The notes below the pieces were generated by a model. That model did no database searches. It saw nothing but the letters and a program-made list of their open reading frames with translations, and was not told the origin of the DNA. From NCBI RefSeq assembly GCF_009914755.1, contig NC_060932.1: DNA of 64,000 nucleotides; one strand, given 5' to 3'. Every line of letters starts with the position of its first letter. Position 1 is the stretch's first letter. Source of the stretch: the human T2T-CHM13v2.0 reference genome, Homo sapiens. Of the stretch, positions 42,624-56,672 are shown piece by piece. A program made the translations under genes and the position numbers.

Positions 42624-42843
42624 CAGTTGACCCTTGAACTACACAGGTGTGAATGGCTGGGTCCACTTAAATGCGGCTGAAATGAACACACAGTATTAGT
42701 GGGATGTGAAATCTTGGATGTGGAGGGAAGAACTATCTCACCTGCTGGTTCGGCAGCGCCGACGGCGGAACTTGAATATGTACAGAGTTCGGTAACTGCG
42801 GGGATCCAAGAACCAATCCCCTGCAGATACTGAAGGATGACTG
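42624..42843 (-). mobile_element. MER8 (TcMar-Tigger MITE)
   Basis: cagttgacccttgaac...gaaccaatcccctgcagatactgaaggatgactg followed by TA. Confidence 0.85.
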
Positions 42844-43339
42844 TAAGTAATTTGTACAAAGTTTTGAAAATGAGATTTATCCTTTTTTGTTTTCTGCCCA
42901 TGGTCACAGACTTTGGTGGACCTCCACTGATAACAAAATAAACTGTTAATATTTTATGAATGCGTTTAAGATCTTTTGTTATTTGAACCCAAAAGCTATT
43001 TTTCTCATTTTCTCTCATTCTGTCTCCAATACACATAATAAATCTTTCACACGACAGTAATCACTTCTATCAAACACCCACACTTTCTCCCATTTCTGCC
43101 TTTTAATACTCTATTATCACCCTTGGAATATTTGTGTATAAGCCCATTGACATCTAATCATATATTTCAAAGTTTTGCCCAATTTTTAACCCTAGACCAT
43201 TCTTTTAGCAAAATTAACTTCAGTCCTTCTGTGCTCTAATAGTGCCTGTCTTCCATCTTGATTAGATCTCCTCTCAATTTAAATAATGAGAGCGTGTTTA
43301 AACCAGCAAAATCAAAAATGGAGACTTCATTGTAAAAGT

Positions 43340-43640
43340 ACTGGTGTCTTAGTCAATGCAGCCAGATGGTAGGTAAGGGCTAGAAGCAGGAAGCCACAGG
43401 AGTTAAGGCCTCCCGGTGTGCTTCCCCTGTCTCTCCTGCCTACTTTCTGTGTCTGTTTGCAGTGTCCACCATACCGTGGGCATGCAGCAGCTGGCCATGC
43501 TGGCACTCCTGTTGTCACATTCTAGTGATCCACTCAAACTTGAGTCTGGACTCTCTTAGTTATAACTTCAAATTCCCAGGGAGAGACCTTTCCTTTGCCA
43601 ATGGGGTCAAATCTAGTCAGATATTATGTAAATTTCCTAT
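43340..43640 (-). mobile_element. Very old MLT1-type LTR relic
   Basis: tcttagtc start and ttcaaattcccagggagag motif; highly degenerate. Confidence 0.35.
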
Positions 43641-44114
43641 GGACTGAGAGAGGGACAGTTATTGTTGGTAAGGACTGACAAGCTATCCAAAAATTTTCCG
43701 GTGGAAATCTCCAAAGGAAATATCATTGACTTTTCTTCATTCAAGAGAGCATCACATGCTATATTCTTTGCAACAGTGATATTCTTATATTTATAGTAAG
43801 ATTCTTCTAGTTTCTGGAATGCCAGTGCTGAAAAGCAGAATGCTGAGAGAGATTAACTATAAAATAACTTTAAAAACTAGATCTTTTAGTGCTTTTCATT
43901 GCTGCCATTATAATTGTTATCTTTATCATTGTCATTATCACCATCCCTAATAGTCATGGATACTTTGCCTTGATCTGGTTTCAGACACACAGCCATTTGT
44001 GCCATACAAATAGGAAGAGTGCATTTAATAAATTTAGTTTAATAAATAAGTTTCTGTTAGCTTCAGTAACTAAATAAGAATGAGTAAAGATATATTTTTG
44101 ATCTGTGTCCCGAC

Positions 44115-44251
44115 CCAGAAGCCTCCCCGGAGGCAGAATAGCTATGCTTCCTGTACAGCCTGCAGAACCCTGAGCCAAGCAATCCTCTTTTCTGTATAAA
44201 TTACTCAATCTCAGGTATTTCTTTATAGCAATGCAACAATGGCCTAATACA
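44115..44251 (+). mobile_element. MSTA/THE1-type LTR 3' fragment
   Basis: atgcttcctgtacagcctgcagaacc...tctcaggtatttctttatagcaatgc...cctaataca. Confidence 0.88.
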
Positions 44252-44437
44252 AGTAACTTTTAGAATATTAGAACATGTAGATGTTTTTAAAGGCATAAAT
44301 GTGATGCTGAGGAAAATAGCTAATCTTTTTTAACTTTGAAGATTCCTTGAGAGAAATTGTTGATGCAAACTTTTTTTTGTATTATTAAGTTTTCTCTGAA
44401 ATAAAGCATGATTGATATTCTCTCTTCTGAATTCTGA

Positions 44438-44815
<378 letters not shown>

Positions 44816-45339
44816 TGAGATAATTTGGGAGGGCAACCGTGTTCACATCAATGCTTTTCACACCAATGCTTGTTGCACATGGGAATACCTAATTCCTGTC
44901 TCAAGTGAATATTTATTTTATCAAACTGTTCCTAAATTATGAATCAGGTGCTTAAGCAGGGACTGAATTATTAACCAGCAGTAATTTCTTTAAGTCACAT
45001 AGAAGCAAGGCTGAAAGCACTCTTCAAAAAATTATGCAAGCAATTACATTGTTGTCCTAGAGTACGTGGTGTATCTAGGTTCCACAGAAAGCAATGTGAC
45101 ACTTAGGGAAGACATTGTGACATATTTCACAGTGTGTTCGTAACTTTAAATTATAAATATAAAAATTTCTAATTCAAAATAAGAGTTGACCACAGAATTT
45201 ATATTGGTGACAGAGCAAGAATCTTCCTTAAAAAGGGGCAGCTAAAATTGCTAAGAATCAATCTTGATATCAGCTTCATCATGGGTTGAGAAGAATTAGG
45301 CTGTTAATGCTGCTACTTCTACTAATGGTGCCTATGATT

Positions 45340-45550
45340 TATAAAATTACACCACATTCCATGCTGCATATGAATGCTTTAAATATATTATTTCTAATAC
45401 TTTTATTAGTCTTGCAAGAGGCTCCATTAATCTTTATTTTACAAAAAGGAAAATGGAGGCTTGGAAAGTCTTAATGATTTAATGATTTGCCCAATGTCAT
45501 TAGTTAAGTGTGGAGTAGGAGCTGGGAGTCGAACCACACCTCTGTATGTC
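45340..45550 (-). mobile_element. MIR
   Basis: ttttacaaaaaggaaaatggaggct...atttgcccaatgtca...gctgggagtcgaacc. Confidence 0.7.
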
Positions 45551-46683
45551 CTCACCTGTGTGTTCCCAAGGGCAAAGTGACACAACATCATGTATCATTT
45601 TTGCATGCAGCCCTCCACCCAGTGACCACAGGTAAATGAGTTGGCTGGGCCTACAGCCCACATTAACTTGGGTTCCACCTCCTCTAGCAGAATTGAATTG
45701 GACATCAGCTTGCTCAGTTTGACATGCAATGACTACCCACAGGTGCTAGGAAAAGCTAGCATTTTCAAACATGTGTCCCTGCTATGTACAAATCACCTGA
45801 ATATGATCCTGTCTTCCACCTAGGCAATGACTGCATGGGTTTTTTCTTATTGAGGTTTGAACAGAACTGAGACTGAAACACAGCGTTCCAAATAAACGGC
45901 CTGTCACAGTTTAAGAATAACTGAAGTATTTAGCATTCATGCATTTTCAGAATTGTTAGGGATTAATTATAGTGACATAAAATTTCTGGGAGTTTTATGA
46001 GTAAGAAGCAAATTGAAACTTCATTGTTTACTTCCCTTTGTATTTTTCACACACTTTGTCCTTTATGAATCATTATCACAAACTGACTGACATATACATT
46101 CATCTTACGTTATTGAGAATTTTGCTAATCTTTTACATACTTTTATAATGTCACTGTTGTAAGAGCATTCTATGTGGAGATTTTGTTTTGAAATTTATCT
46201 CTTATTTATTCTGCAGGTGTCTGCTGAACATCTAATTTGTGCCAGGACCATAGTTGAGACTGAGGGGAACAGACACTCTCAGAATCCACTTATGACAGCT
46301 CCAAATATCTATGCTCACCTTTGTCTCTTTTCCACTGGTCTCTGTGGAAGATATCTCCTTTCACTTTAAGGCTAATCCTTCCATGAGTAGGTCCTATTGA
46401 TTTTAACAGTCTTTTTCTCCCCAGTTTGTTCTATTCCCTGCAAGTTCTACTCTTTCCTTTCTCCCATCTGTTCAACCCCTTATTACTACTGCAATTCCCA
46501 ATGTCCAAGCTACAAAATGTCCCCAGTCTTTCTCATTCTCAAGCCCACATACCCACACGCCGGAATTGTTTCTCTGTAGTTCATTGCTATATGCTCATAG
46601 CTTCTCAATAAATATTTACTGAGTTTAATGAATGGATAACATAAGGCAATATAAAGGTAGGTAAATATCTGATTCAGAGGAAA

Positions 46684-47612
46684 TTTTTTTAATTTTTAAT
46701 TCTATTTTTAGGTCTGGGGTAGATGTGTAGGGTGTGCAAGTTTATTACATAGATATCTGTGGGCCGTGGTGGTTTGCTGCACCTATCCACCCATCACCTA
46801 GGTATTAAGCCCTGCACGTATTAGTTGTTTTTCCTAATACTCTCCCTCCCCCCATACCAGCCCCCAACCGGCCCCAGTGTATATTGTTCCCCTCCTTGTG
46901 TCCATATGATGTCATTGTTAAGCTCCCACTTATAAGTGAGAATATGTGGTGTTTGGCTTTCTCTTCCTGCATTAGTTTGCTGAGGATAATGGCATCCAGC
47001 TCCATCTGTGTCCCTGCAAAGGACATGATCTCATTCCTTTTTATGACTGCATAGTATTCCATGGTATATATGTACCACATTTTCTTTATCCAGTCTATCA
47101 TTGATGGGCCTTTGGGTTGATTCCATGTCCTTGCTATTGTGAATAGTGCTATAATGAACACATGTGGATGTATTGATTGCTGGGTCAAATGGTATTTCTG
47201 GCTCTAGATCTTTGAGGAATCACCATACCATCTTCCGTAATGGTTGAACTAACATACATTCCCACCAACAGTGTAAAGGCATTCTTATTGTTCCACAACC
47301 TGGCCAGCATCTGCTGTTTCTTGACTTTCAATGTTGGCCATTCTGACTGGCATGAGATGGTATCTCATTGTGGATTTCATTTGCATTTCTTTAGTGATCA
47401 GTGATGTTGAGCTTTCTTTCATATGTTTGTTGGCTGCACAAATGTCTTCTTTTGAGTATCATCAGGGTGATAGGCAACCTACAGATAGGGAGAAAATTTT
47501 TGCAATCTATTCATCTGACGAAGGTGTAATATCCAGAATCCACCAGGAATGAAAACAAATTTACAAGAAAAAAAACAAACGACCCTATTAAAAAGTAGGC
47601 AAAGGACCTGAA
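46684..47612 (-). mobile_element. L1PA8-like element, 5'-truncated with 5' inversion (46684-47456 antisense, 47457-47612 inverted)
   Basis: ccatcacctaggtattaagccc 3'UTR; ORF 46805..47188 is the ORF2 C-terminus; TSD CAGAGGAAA (46675-46683, 47613-47621). Confidence 0.92.
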
Positions 47613-47734
47613 CAGAGGAAAATATTTTATAAATTTATGGGCAACATTTTGGTCTAGTCTCTAACAAGTAGCCATTTATTCGATAATTTAAAATATTATT
47701 ACCTAAAAATGCATTTTCATAAATTTTGTTTAAG

Positions 47735-47855
47735 GTAGAGTGATCACTTGACCTCTTTGAGGGCAGTCTCTTGTCTAATTTGGTTTTATATCCTTATTTT
47801 CTAAGTGGTTTCTTACCATGGAGTAGGCATTCAACAAATATTACTCAAGTAAATT
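47735..47855 (+). mobile_element. L2 3' end
   Basis: ctctttgagggcag...gtaggcattcaacaaatatt. Confidence 0.6.
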
Positions 47856-49457
47856 GTATTTGGATTATTCACTTTTAAATATTCTCTTTGATATGACATT
47901 ATAAGCCCAAATGATGAAAAAGCCTTCAAGTTCGCCCAGGTATTCTGTGACTAGAACTTCTATGTAAATCTAGTTGCTACACCTTTCTTCCGATAAATCA
48001 TAAGCAAATGTCTTTAAGAGTGAGCTGCTATCTGCACCCAAGAGGCTACCACATCACCACGTAGGTGATCATACAGGAAAGTCGTACTGTAGCAGAGTCT
48101 TCTACCGTCATTTGCCTTTATGCCCTTGAGTCTGCTTGGAATGTCAGGGTTTCAGACCTGGCTAGAGGATCCATAGCAACTCCATTCTTTCCTTCATGTC
48201 ATCAGTGCCTGGACTTTGCTGAGTCTTATTTATAGCAGCCCTGTAGGAGATACAGGCAAACATATATAACCAGTTACCTGAAGTCCATGCCTGCAGAGGA
48301 CCATTTTCAGGAAGTCCTTGTCAGAAGTTGAGATCTTCTTACAAAACATGAGTATACATGTTTTTCCTAGATAGTGTTTATTATCTCTCATTCAGACTGC
48401 TGCTCTGGAAGGCTCTGTCCAGGACCATCCTATATTTGCTTTCTCCTACTACAGGCTAGTTTTCTTTCATTTATGCCCTGAAATATGGGCCAGAATCTTC
48501 TCTTTTTTTCTACAGTGCAGAACATGGGAGCTCTTTTACAGAGCAGATACTACTCCAGCGGCTTTACACACGTAGTCGTCATATCTACGCTACAAGGTGG
48601 GCATTTGTGTCCACATTTATACCGATAAGTAAATAAGATTATGAAAGTTTAAATTACTAAAAAGTGTTAGAACTGAGATTCATATGCTTTAAATTCTATG
48701 TATTTCTATAGCAGTTATTTTTAATTAATGGCATATTTATTGTGTCAGAATAATAATAGCAATTTGGATGAAAAATGAATTAACTCTATCAAACATGTCT
48801 ACTTTAATTATTGGGTTCTATATCCTTGATTCCTAGGAGAACAGCTGTATAAAAACCAGGGATTTATGAGCTGTTTAGAAAAAAGTAGTGAAAACAATTA
48901 GGTATAACACTCATATAACATTTCTTTTAATTCCATTACTTTGCTAAAAATTATGTTAATTATAGAAAAAAGAAGTAATTTTTAAAATTGCTAGTGAATA
49001 GAATTTCAAACTAAAGGAAGGGTGAGGTTCTATTTTATATCTCTTAATTGTAAAATAAAATCATGCCTAATTATGTGATGTACTGGGAAAGCTGTTGTAC
49101 GAGTAGAGTGATTGATGTGTGTTACCAGCTGGCAAAATCACATGCTACAGAATGACAACACTGTATTCTTATGAATATATATAACTCACATATAGAATAT
49201 GGTAGTATAATTTGTATTATATATATATATATATATATACACGCACACACAAATTGTGACCTAGTTATTTTACTCTTGGCTATGCACTTTAAGAAAATAA
49301 TTCAAAGAATATTAAATTAACACCCAACAAAATGGTGTTTCGGTGTTACAGAAGAAAATAATTATACATATATAAAATGAAGATTAGAGATTTATGATGT
49401 TTAAATTCTATGGATTATTAAACAACCATTAAAAAAATAAATCCATGAAGATGCAAT

Positions 49458-49882
49458 TGTCTGGGACCTTAGGAAGCTGACTGCAAGGGGGCTGACTTAT
49501 GGGAGGCTCTCAGGGTGTGCTCTTGAAAAAAGGCCAAGGAAAGGAAAGTGGGAAGGACAGCTGGGCAGAGGAAGAAGGTGTGCTGTGAAGGTAAGCTCAG
49601 TGGAGGCCTCAGCCAGTGCCCTGGGAGTTCTGAGAGTAGGAAGACTCTCAAGATCATCCCTAGTTGGGGTGAAAGGGTGGGAATTTACATACCCAGGTTG
49701 GTTAGTGGTTGGATGTGACCACACCAGAAGGGGCCTGGGCCTGGCCATGGCTGCCACAACTCTCCTTAGCTGGGCCGTCCCTGTGGAGTGAATGACTGAG
49801 GGTGTTCTGCTAGAAGAACTCCAGGCACCTGGGGGAGAAAGTCTTCCATTCCCAAAGGGAGGTCATCACAGCACCTGCTGTG
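49458..49882 (-). mobile_element. LTR33-like ERVL solo LTR
   Basis: gctgggcagaggaagaag...gaggcctcagccagtgccctgggagttctg...catcacagcacctgctg. Confidence 0.7.
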
Positions 49883-50029
49883 GAAGATTATGGGGCAACA
49901 TGATAAACATAAGAATTGAAATAGAAAACAAAATAGAAGCTTTCATTAAAGCTATATTGAAACTTGTATTCTTATGCATCAACTGCGAGGCAACACAAAG
50001 GAATTGGTGAAGCTGAAACATATTTCTTT

Positions 50030-52850
50030 GTACTATTTTCATAATTATACTTTAGTGTAACATAGGCTAGTCTGAAGGTTTTATCTATAGTCTTTATTGA
50101 TTTAAGGAGTTTGCTTTCTGTGTTGCCTCACAGTTGATGCATAAGAACACAAGTTTTGATAAAGCTTTAATGAAAGCATCTATTTTGTTTTCTATTTCAT
50201 TTCTTGTGTTTTTCATGTTGCCCCATAATCTTCCACTGTAGGTGCTGTGATGAACTCCCTTTGGGAATTCTAATAGATTCCAATAGATTTTTCTTATGAT
50301 TGGGTATTGAATTTCATCGCATGATTCTGAGATTATTACATGATTTCTCCTCTTTCTTTTATCTGTTTATGAGATGAGCTGTTATTGATTTTCTTATTTT
50401 AAATCACCCTTGCTTTAGAGGAAAGAACCTGTTTAGTCAATAGATCGTATCATTTAATATATTGTAGAGATTAATTTGCTGATCAGTTGAGGATATTTAT
50501 ATCAATGCTCATGGAAGGGCTTTGATTTGTAAATTTTCCTTTCTTGTCCTTTTCAGGGATATGCTGACCTCGTACAAAGTTTACAAATGTGTTCCTATTT
50601 TCATTCTTATCTGTGGAATTTGTGTGTGGTCAATACTATTTCTTCCTTTAATATTTAAAAGAATTCACTGGTCAGGCCATGTAGGGCTAAAGTTCTTTTG
50701 AGGAAAGGATTGTAAGAATAGTTGACAATAGGAGCATTCAAATTTTTATTTCTCCTTCTGTTAGTTTTGATCAATTATGTTTTTATCATAGCATAAAATT
50801 GCAGTCTATCATAATGTTCTTTTATTATCTTTCCAAATATCTGTAGGTCTGCAGTGATATTTGCTTTTTCAATCCTTGTATTGATAGTTTCCTGTCTCAT
50901 TTTTAAAAATCAATTTTGCTAGAAATTTACAAATGTTACTAATTATTCCAAATAATCAACATTTGGCTTTTGTGATGCTTGTTTTATATTCTCTAAAATA
51001 TGCTTGTTTTATATTCTCAAAACTGTGTTTTTATCTTTACTAGTATTCTTTTCTACTTTGTGTTAGGTTTGATGGTTTTTTAGCTTACTTTTTGATATGA
51101 GCGTTTATATTATTTATTTTCAGCCTTTCTTTTTTCACAATATATGCATTTAATACCACAAATTTTTCACTAAAGTGTTGCTTTAGTTGTGTGCAACAAA
51201 TTTTGATGTTTTGCTATAATTATAATTCAGTTGAAAATATTTCTAGCTTCTGTTATCTGTCATAGATTATTGTTGTGATTTATAAATTAATTAGAAATGT
51301 GTTGTTTACTATTTAACAAGTTTCCTATTTTTATAGTTTTATTTTTGTTATTAATGCCTGGCTTCTTCCTACTCAGCGAATATACTCTGATGAAGTCTAT
51401 CGTTTGATAGTTATTGAGGCTTTCTTTATAGTCCAGCATATGGTCATTTCGTTAATATTCAGTATGTAGATCTAAAGACAAATTCTGTAATCGTTAAATT
51501 GTTCTATATAGATAAATGAGGTGAAGTCTCTTAATTGTATATTCATAGTTATGTTACATAATTTCTTGATGCATCAGTTTCTTCACTGTGTTACTCAGAT
51601 TTTCTGTATCAATGAAGATCAGTCTTCCTGTTCACTTATTTTCTCGATTATTTTAAGACATATTAAAATCTCCCAAAATGATCACATATTTGTCCCCGCT
51701 CCCTTGAATTCCCTAATTTTTGCTTTATTTATTTTGAAACTATATTATGTAGATTTAGAAGTATTATATCTACTTATCTGAAGCTATGTTATAGAGATTT
51801 AGAATAGTATAGCTATTTAGAAAAGTATAGCTTTATTTTCCTTTATAATTTAGAATAGTCTTCATCTCTAGAAAGTCTTTTTACCTTTAAGCACATGTTT
51901 TATTAGAATCGTGACATAAGCTTTCGAAAAGTATTTTTATTGTTTTCCATCATTTTAGTTTTAAACTTTATTTTTTATTTAAAACCTGTCTCACACATGT
52001 ATCATTGAGTTAAATATTTAATATTTTTATGGCATTACATAGTTTGGGCTTCCTGAGAAGACCATGAGATGAGGATTTTGATATACAGAGTTTATTCAGT
52101 GATGATCTTATGCTTCACTGACACGCTTCACTACATTTTAGTTGGCAAATTAGATAGGGAAGGAGAGGAAGCCTCTGTTGGTAATTTGAGCTTAATCTGA
52201 CCAGGGTCAATGACAGACAGCACAGAAGGCACACCTCAGAGATAATTTCCACACTCCAAAAAATGAAGTGTTTAGGCTGTTCATTTTCTAACTCTGAGGA
52301 GTCGTTGGTTGAAGGTTATTCCTGGGAGGCACACAGGTGTAGAGTAGGATGCTATAGCCAAAGAAGGCCTCCAGCCAAACGTGCACAGGGGTAGGAGAAT
52401 AGAGACTGGACCATTATGAAAGAAACAATAAAAGCTGGTTGATATGGGCAGATAATTAACACTAGCAGCTATATCCAGTCCTACAATGTTTGTCTTTAAT
52501 TAAATTACTTAGAACATTTATATACTTAGTGTAAGTATATATGCATAGGAATTAGTTAAAATTTGCCATATAATGAATTGGTTTTTATTTTACTCATTGT
52601 TTATGTTTCTTTTCCACTCTGTTATTGTCTTTTATGGATTAATCAGATTTTTTTTTGCATTTTCTCCTTGTATTAACTTGTCGTATTTTCTTTTACTCAT
52701 CTATTCATAATTACCACAGGGAGTAGGATTATATCATGTAACATAAAATTATGTTATTACTTCTCAAATAATGTCACAACTTTAGAACATGTTAATGGCA
52801 TTAATTTCCTCCTAACTTTTACTTAATTGATATTATGCATGTAAATGCCA
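50030..52850 (-). mobile_element. Old L1ME/MD tract interrupted by an ERVL LTR
   Basis: Antisense L1 ORF2 motifs (aaagaattcactggtcaggccat, gtccagcatatggtc). Confidence 0.7.
52030..52472 (-). mobile_element. Old ERVL LTR (LTR16/33/41 group)
   Basis: tgggcttcctgagaagaccatgagatgaggatttt...cacacctcagag...gtcgttggttgaagg...atatgggcag. Confidence 0.55.
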
Positions 52851-54000
52851 CATATTTTTCTTACACTGTATACAAAAATTAACTTAATATAGACTTATGT
52901 AAGATCGGACACTCTAAAACTGTTAGGAAGAAGTCTAGTAGAAAAGTTCTACGACACTGGTCTGGGCAATAATTTTTTGTGTTCTAACCTCAAAAGCAAA
53001 AATAGACAAATGGGATTACACCAAACTAAAAACTTCTTCACAGCAAAGGTAACAGTGAACAGAATGAAGAGACAACCTCCACCACAAGAGAAAATATGTG
53101 CAAACCATACATATAATGAGGGGGTCATATTCAAAATCTATAAGGATCTCACAGAACTCAGTAGCAAGAAAACAAATAACACAATTAAAAATTGAGCAAG
53201 GAACCTGAAAAGAGAATTCTCAAAAGAAGACATACGAATAGCCAACAGGTATATGAAAAATTGATCAACATTACTAATCATCAGGGAAGTGCAAATTAAA
53301 ACCACAATGAGGTTTCACCTAGCAGCTTTTAAATGGTTACTATAAAAAAAAGATAAAGGTTGGTGAGGATATGAAGGAAAGTGAACTCTTTCACACTATT
53401 GGTAGGCATGTATATTAGTAGGGCTATTATGGAAAACAGTAAAGAAGTTTCTCAGAAAATTAAAAATAGAACTACTATATGACCCAGCAATCGCACTTTT
53501 GGGTGTATACCCCCCAAAAAAACAAAAACAGACCATCAGAAAGATATTTGCACTCACATGTTTATTGCAGCATTATTCACAATAGACAAAATATGGAATC
53601 AACCTATGGGTCCATCAGCAAATGTATGGATTAAGAAAATGTGCTACATGTACACAATGGAACCCTTACAAAAAAAGGATATCCCATCATTTGCAACAAG
53701 ATAAATAAACCTGTATGACTTTCTGCTAAGTGAAATGAGCCAGTTACAGAAATACACACACTATAATCTCACTTATGTGTGGAATGTAAGAAGTCAAACT
53801 CACAGAGGCAGAGAGTAGAGTGGTGGTTACCAAGAGCTACAAGGTGAGGTGGGGATTGGGAAGATGTTGGTTAAAGATACAAAATTTCAGTTACACAGGA
53901 GCAATAAATACAAGAGATCTATTGTACAACAAAGTGGCCATAGTAACAATATATTTTAAACTTGAAAATTGCTAAGAGAATAGATTTTAAGTGTTGTCAC

Positions 54001-54034
<34 letters not shown>
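54001..54034 (+). repeat. (CA)n microsatellite within L1MA 3'UTR
   Basis: Read directly from the sequence. Confidence 0.95.
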
Positions 54035-54043
54035 TTGTTAGGG

Positions 54044-54150
54044 AGCCAGATGCAGTGGCTTGCACCTGTAATTCAAGCTCCTCAGGAGGTTGAGGTGGGA
54101 GGATCTTTTGAGCCCAGGAGGTCAAGGCTGCTGTGAGCTATGATCCAGCC
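54044..54150 (+). mobile_element. Alu monomer (FAM/FRAM-like)
   Basis: ggtgggaggatcttttgagcccaggaggtcaaggctgctgtgagctatgatc, single arm only. Confidence 0.8.
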
Positions 54151-54299
54151 CAGTAAATATTTGAGGTAATGCATATGTTAATTACTTCTATTCAGTCATT
54201 CCATAAGGTACATATATGTTGCAAAACATCATGTAGTATAACATAAATACATACAATTATTATTTGTCAACTGAAGAGAAGAAAAAAACACTAATTTGG

Positions 54300-55330
54300 C
54301 ATAATTTTAAGTCTCATAAAGATTGCTATTATTGCCTTATAAGTAAATATTTAGTTAATTTTTATTTAAATTTACTCACACATTTACCCATTATATTCCT
54401 CATCCTTAACTTCTGAAATTTCTTCTTTTAACCTGGAGTTATATTCCATATGCATAAAATATTCTCCTTGATAGTTCTTTAAGGTCAAATTTAGTTTTCT
54501 CAATTTTGTTTGTCTAAAAATACATTTTTTTCACATTCATTGTTGCAGGATATTTTTATAAGACATCTATTTCCCAGATGAGATATTCCCTGACAAGTTT
54601 TAGGATATCATTATGTTGTCTGCTGGCTCATCAACTGAGAAATCAGCTGCCAGTCTTATTGTTGTCTCTGTAAAGGAATGTGTTTTTCACATCTGGCTAC
54701 GGCACTTACCCAAGGTAAGGACCTATGTGAAGAAAGGCATGCACGTATTACATAACATAATACTAACTACTTCTCTCATGCAGATATCTTGTTTGAGCAT
54801 TCAGAACGAAATTAATAAAGTTGAACATTCAAAACCTAATAGTCATCCTCTCCTTTCCTTCTGGGACTCACAATAAACCTATATTACACTTTTAGCTGTG
54901 TCCTATATATCTCTAATATTCTTTTTGCATCATTTATTGTGTTTTTCTCTGTGTCTCAATTCATCATTTCTAATGAACCATCTTCTGATTCTCAAATCCT
55001 GTTTTCTGCGTGTCTAATCTGCTGTAAAAACACTTTAGTTATTTCTTATCTTCAAATATTATTATATTTTTTAGATTTTAGAATTTCAACTTAAAAATAA
55101 ATTCTACTTAACTGATGAAAATGTGCATCTTTTAATTTATTGTTTAAAGATTTTCCTCTATTTGTAAAGTTTGCTTCTGATACTATTTAAAGGCCATTGG
55201 TAGTTCACATTGATAGTTGGATCAAACAGAGGCTTATTTTTATTATCTCTTTTTTCTTTTGTTTTCATTCTGTCCTTCTGCCTTTTTGTATAATTAGTGT
55301 GCTGTTTTCCCCCTTAGGGGAAAATCCTTG
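54300..55330 (-). mobile_element. Old L1ME ORF1-region fragment
   Basis: tgagaaatcagctgccagtcttattgttg, tgtgtctaatctgctgt-like antisense ORF1 motifs. Confidence 0.6.
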
Positions 55331-55346
55331 CTTGTAATGGTGCTGT

Positions 55347-56672
55347 ATTTTTTCTTTTTAATTGATATGTAATAATTGTATATATTTATAGGTATGTGTG
55401 GTATTTTAATACATGCATACAATGTGTAGTGATCAAACCAGTGTAATTAGGATATACATCACCTTAAACACTTATTTCTTTGTGTTGAAAACATTTCAAA
55501 TCTTCTCTTTTAGCTATTTTGAATTATACAATAAATTATTATTAATGGTAGTCACCCTATTGAGCTAACACTAAAACTTCTCCCTTCTATCTAACTGAAT
55601 GTTTTTACATTAACCAGCCTCACTTCATTCCTCATCCTCCATTTCCAGCCTCCAATATCCATCATGAGATCAACTTTTTTAGCCACACATTTCCATGAGA
55701 TCAACTTTTTTAGCTACACATTTGAATAAGTACATGTGTCTTTCTGTGATGACATGACAAGAACATGTGTCTGTCTGTCGTTCTGTGACTGGATTATTTC
55801 ACTTAACATAATGATTTCCAGTTCAGTCTATGTTGCTGCAAATGACAGGATTTCATTCTTTTTTAAAAGTGAATAGTATTCTATTGTGTATATCTACCAC
55901 ATTGCCTTTTTTCATTCATTCATTGATGGACACTTAGCTTGATTCCGTATCTTGGCTATTGTGAACAGTGCTGCAATAAACATAGATGTTTAGATACCCA
56001 TTAGTGGGATTGCTGGATTGTATAGTCGTTCTATTTTTAGGCTTTTTTTCTTTTAGAAATATCCATTAAAAAATGACTGTGATAATTTACATTCTCACCA
56101 GCGGTGTGTAAATAGTTCCTTTTTCTCTGTATTCTTTCCAGCATTTTTTTGTCTTTTTGATAAAAACCATGCTAATTGGGTAAGAAGATATCTTCTTGAG
56201 GTTTTGATTTCCAGTCCCCTGATAGTTGTTGATGTTGAGTATTTTCTCATATATCTGTTGACCATTTGTATGCCTTCTTTTGAGAAATGTCTAAGCATGT
56301 CCTTTGCCCACTTCGTAATGGGATTATTTGTTTTCTTGCAGTTGAGTTGTTTGAGTTCCTTGTATATTTTGTATATTACTTCCTTGTTGGATGAATAGTT
56401 TACAAATATTTTCTCCCATTTCATAGATTGTTTCTTCACTCTGTTGATGGTTTCCTTTGCTGTGCAGAAGCTTTTAAAATGTAATATAGTCCCATTTGCC
56501 TATTTTTTTAGGTTGCCTATTTGGTTGCCTTTTGAAAAGGCCAGACCAATGTCTAAGCTATTTTCCCATGTTTTCTTCTAGCAGTTGTATAGTTTCAGGC
56601 CTTACATGTTAGCTTTTAATCCATTTTGAGTTGGTATGGTGAGAGATAGGGGTCTGTTTTCATTCTTCTGCA
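55347..56672 (-). mobile_element. L1MA3-6-like 3' end
   Basis: taataattgtatatatttataggta...tacatgcatacaatgtgtagtgatcaaa; ORF 56095..56439 ORF2 remnant. Confidence 0.88.

Larger units (their letters stand above)
52858..54288 (+). mobile_element. L1MA7-9-like ORF2 3' end and 3'UTR
   Basis: ORF 52977..53195 NFFTAKVTVNRMKRQP; gatacaaaatttcagtta...aagagatctattgtacaac. Confidence 0.88.

Noticed and set aside
48140-48260. Minus-strand acceptor (tatctcctacag at 48241) as a coding exon
   Set aside because: Best frame closes after about 25 codons and there is no strong donor
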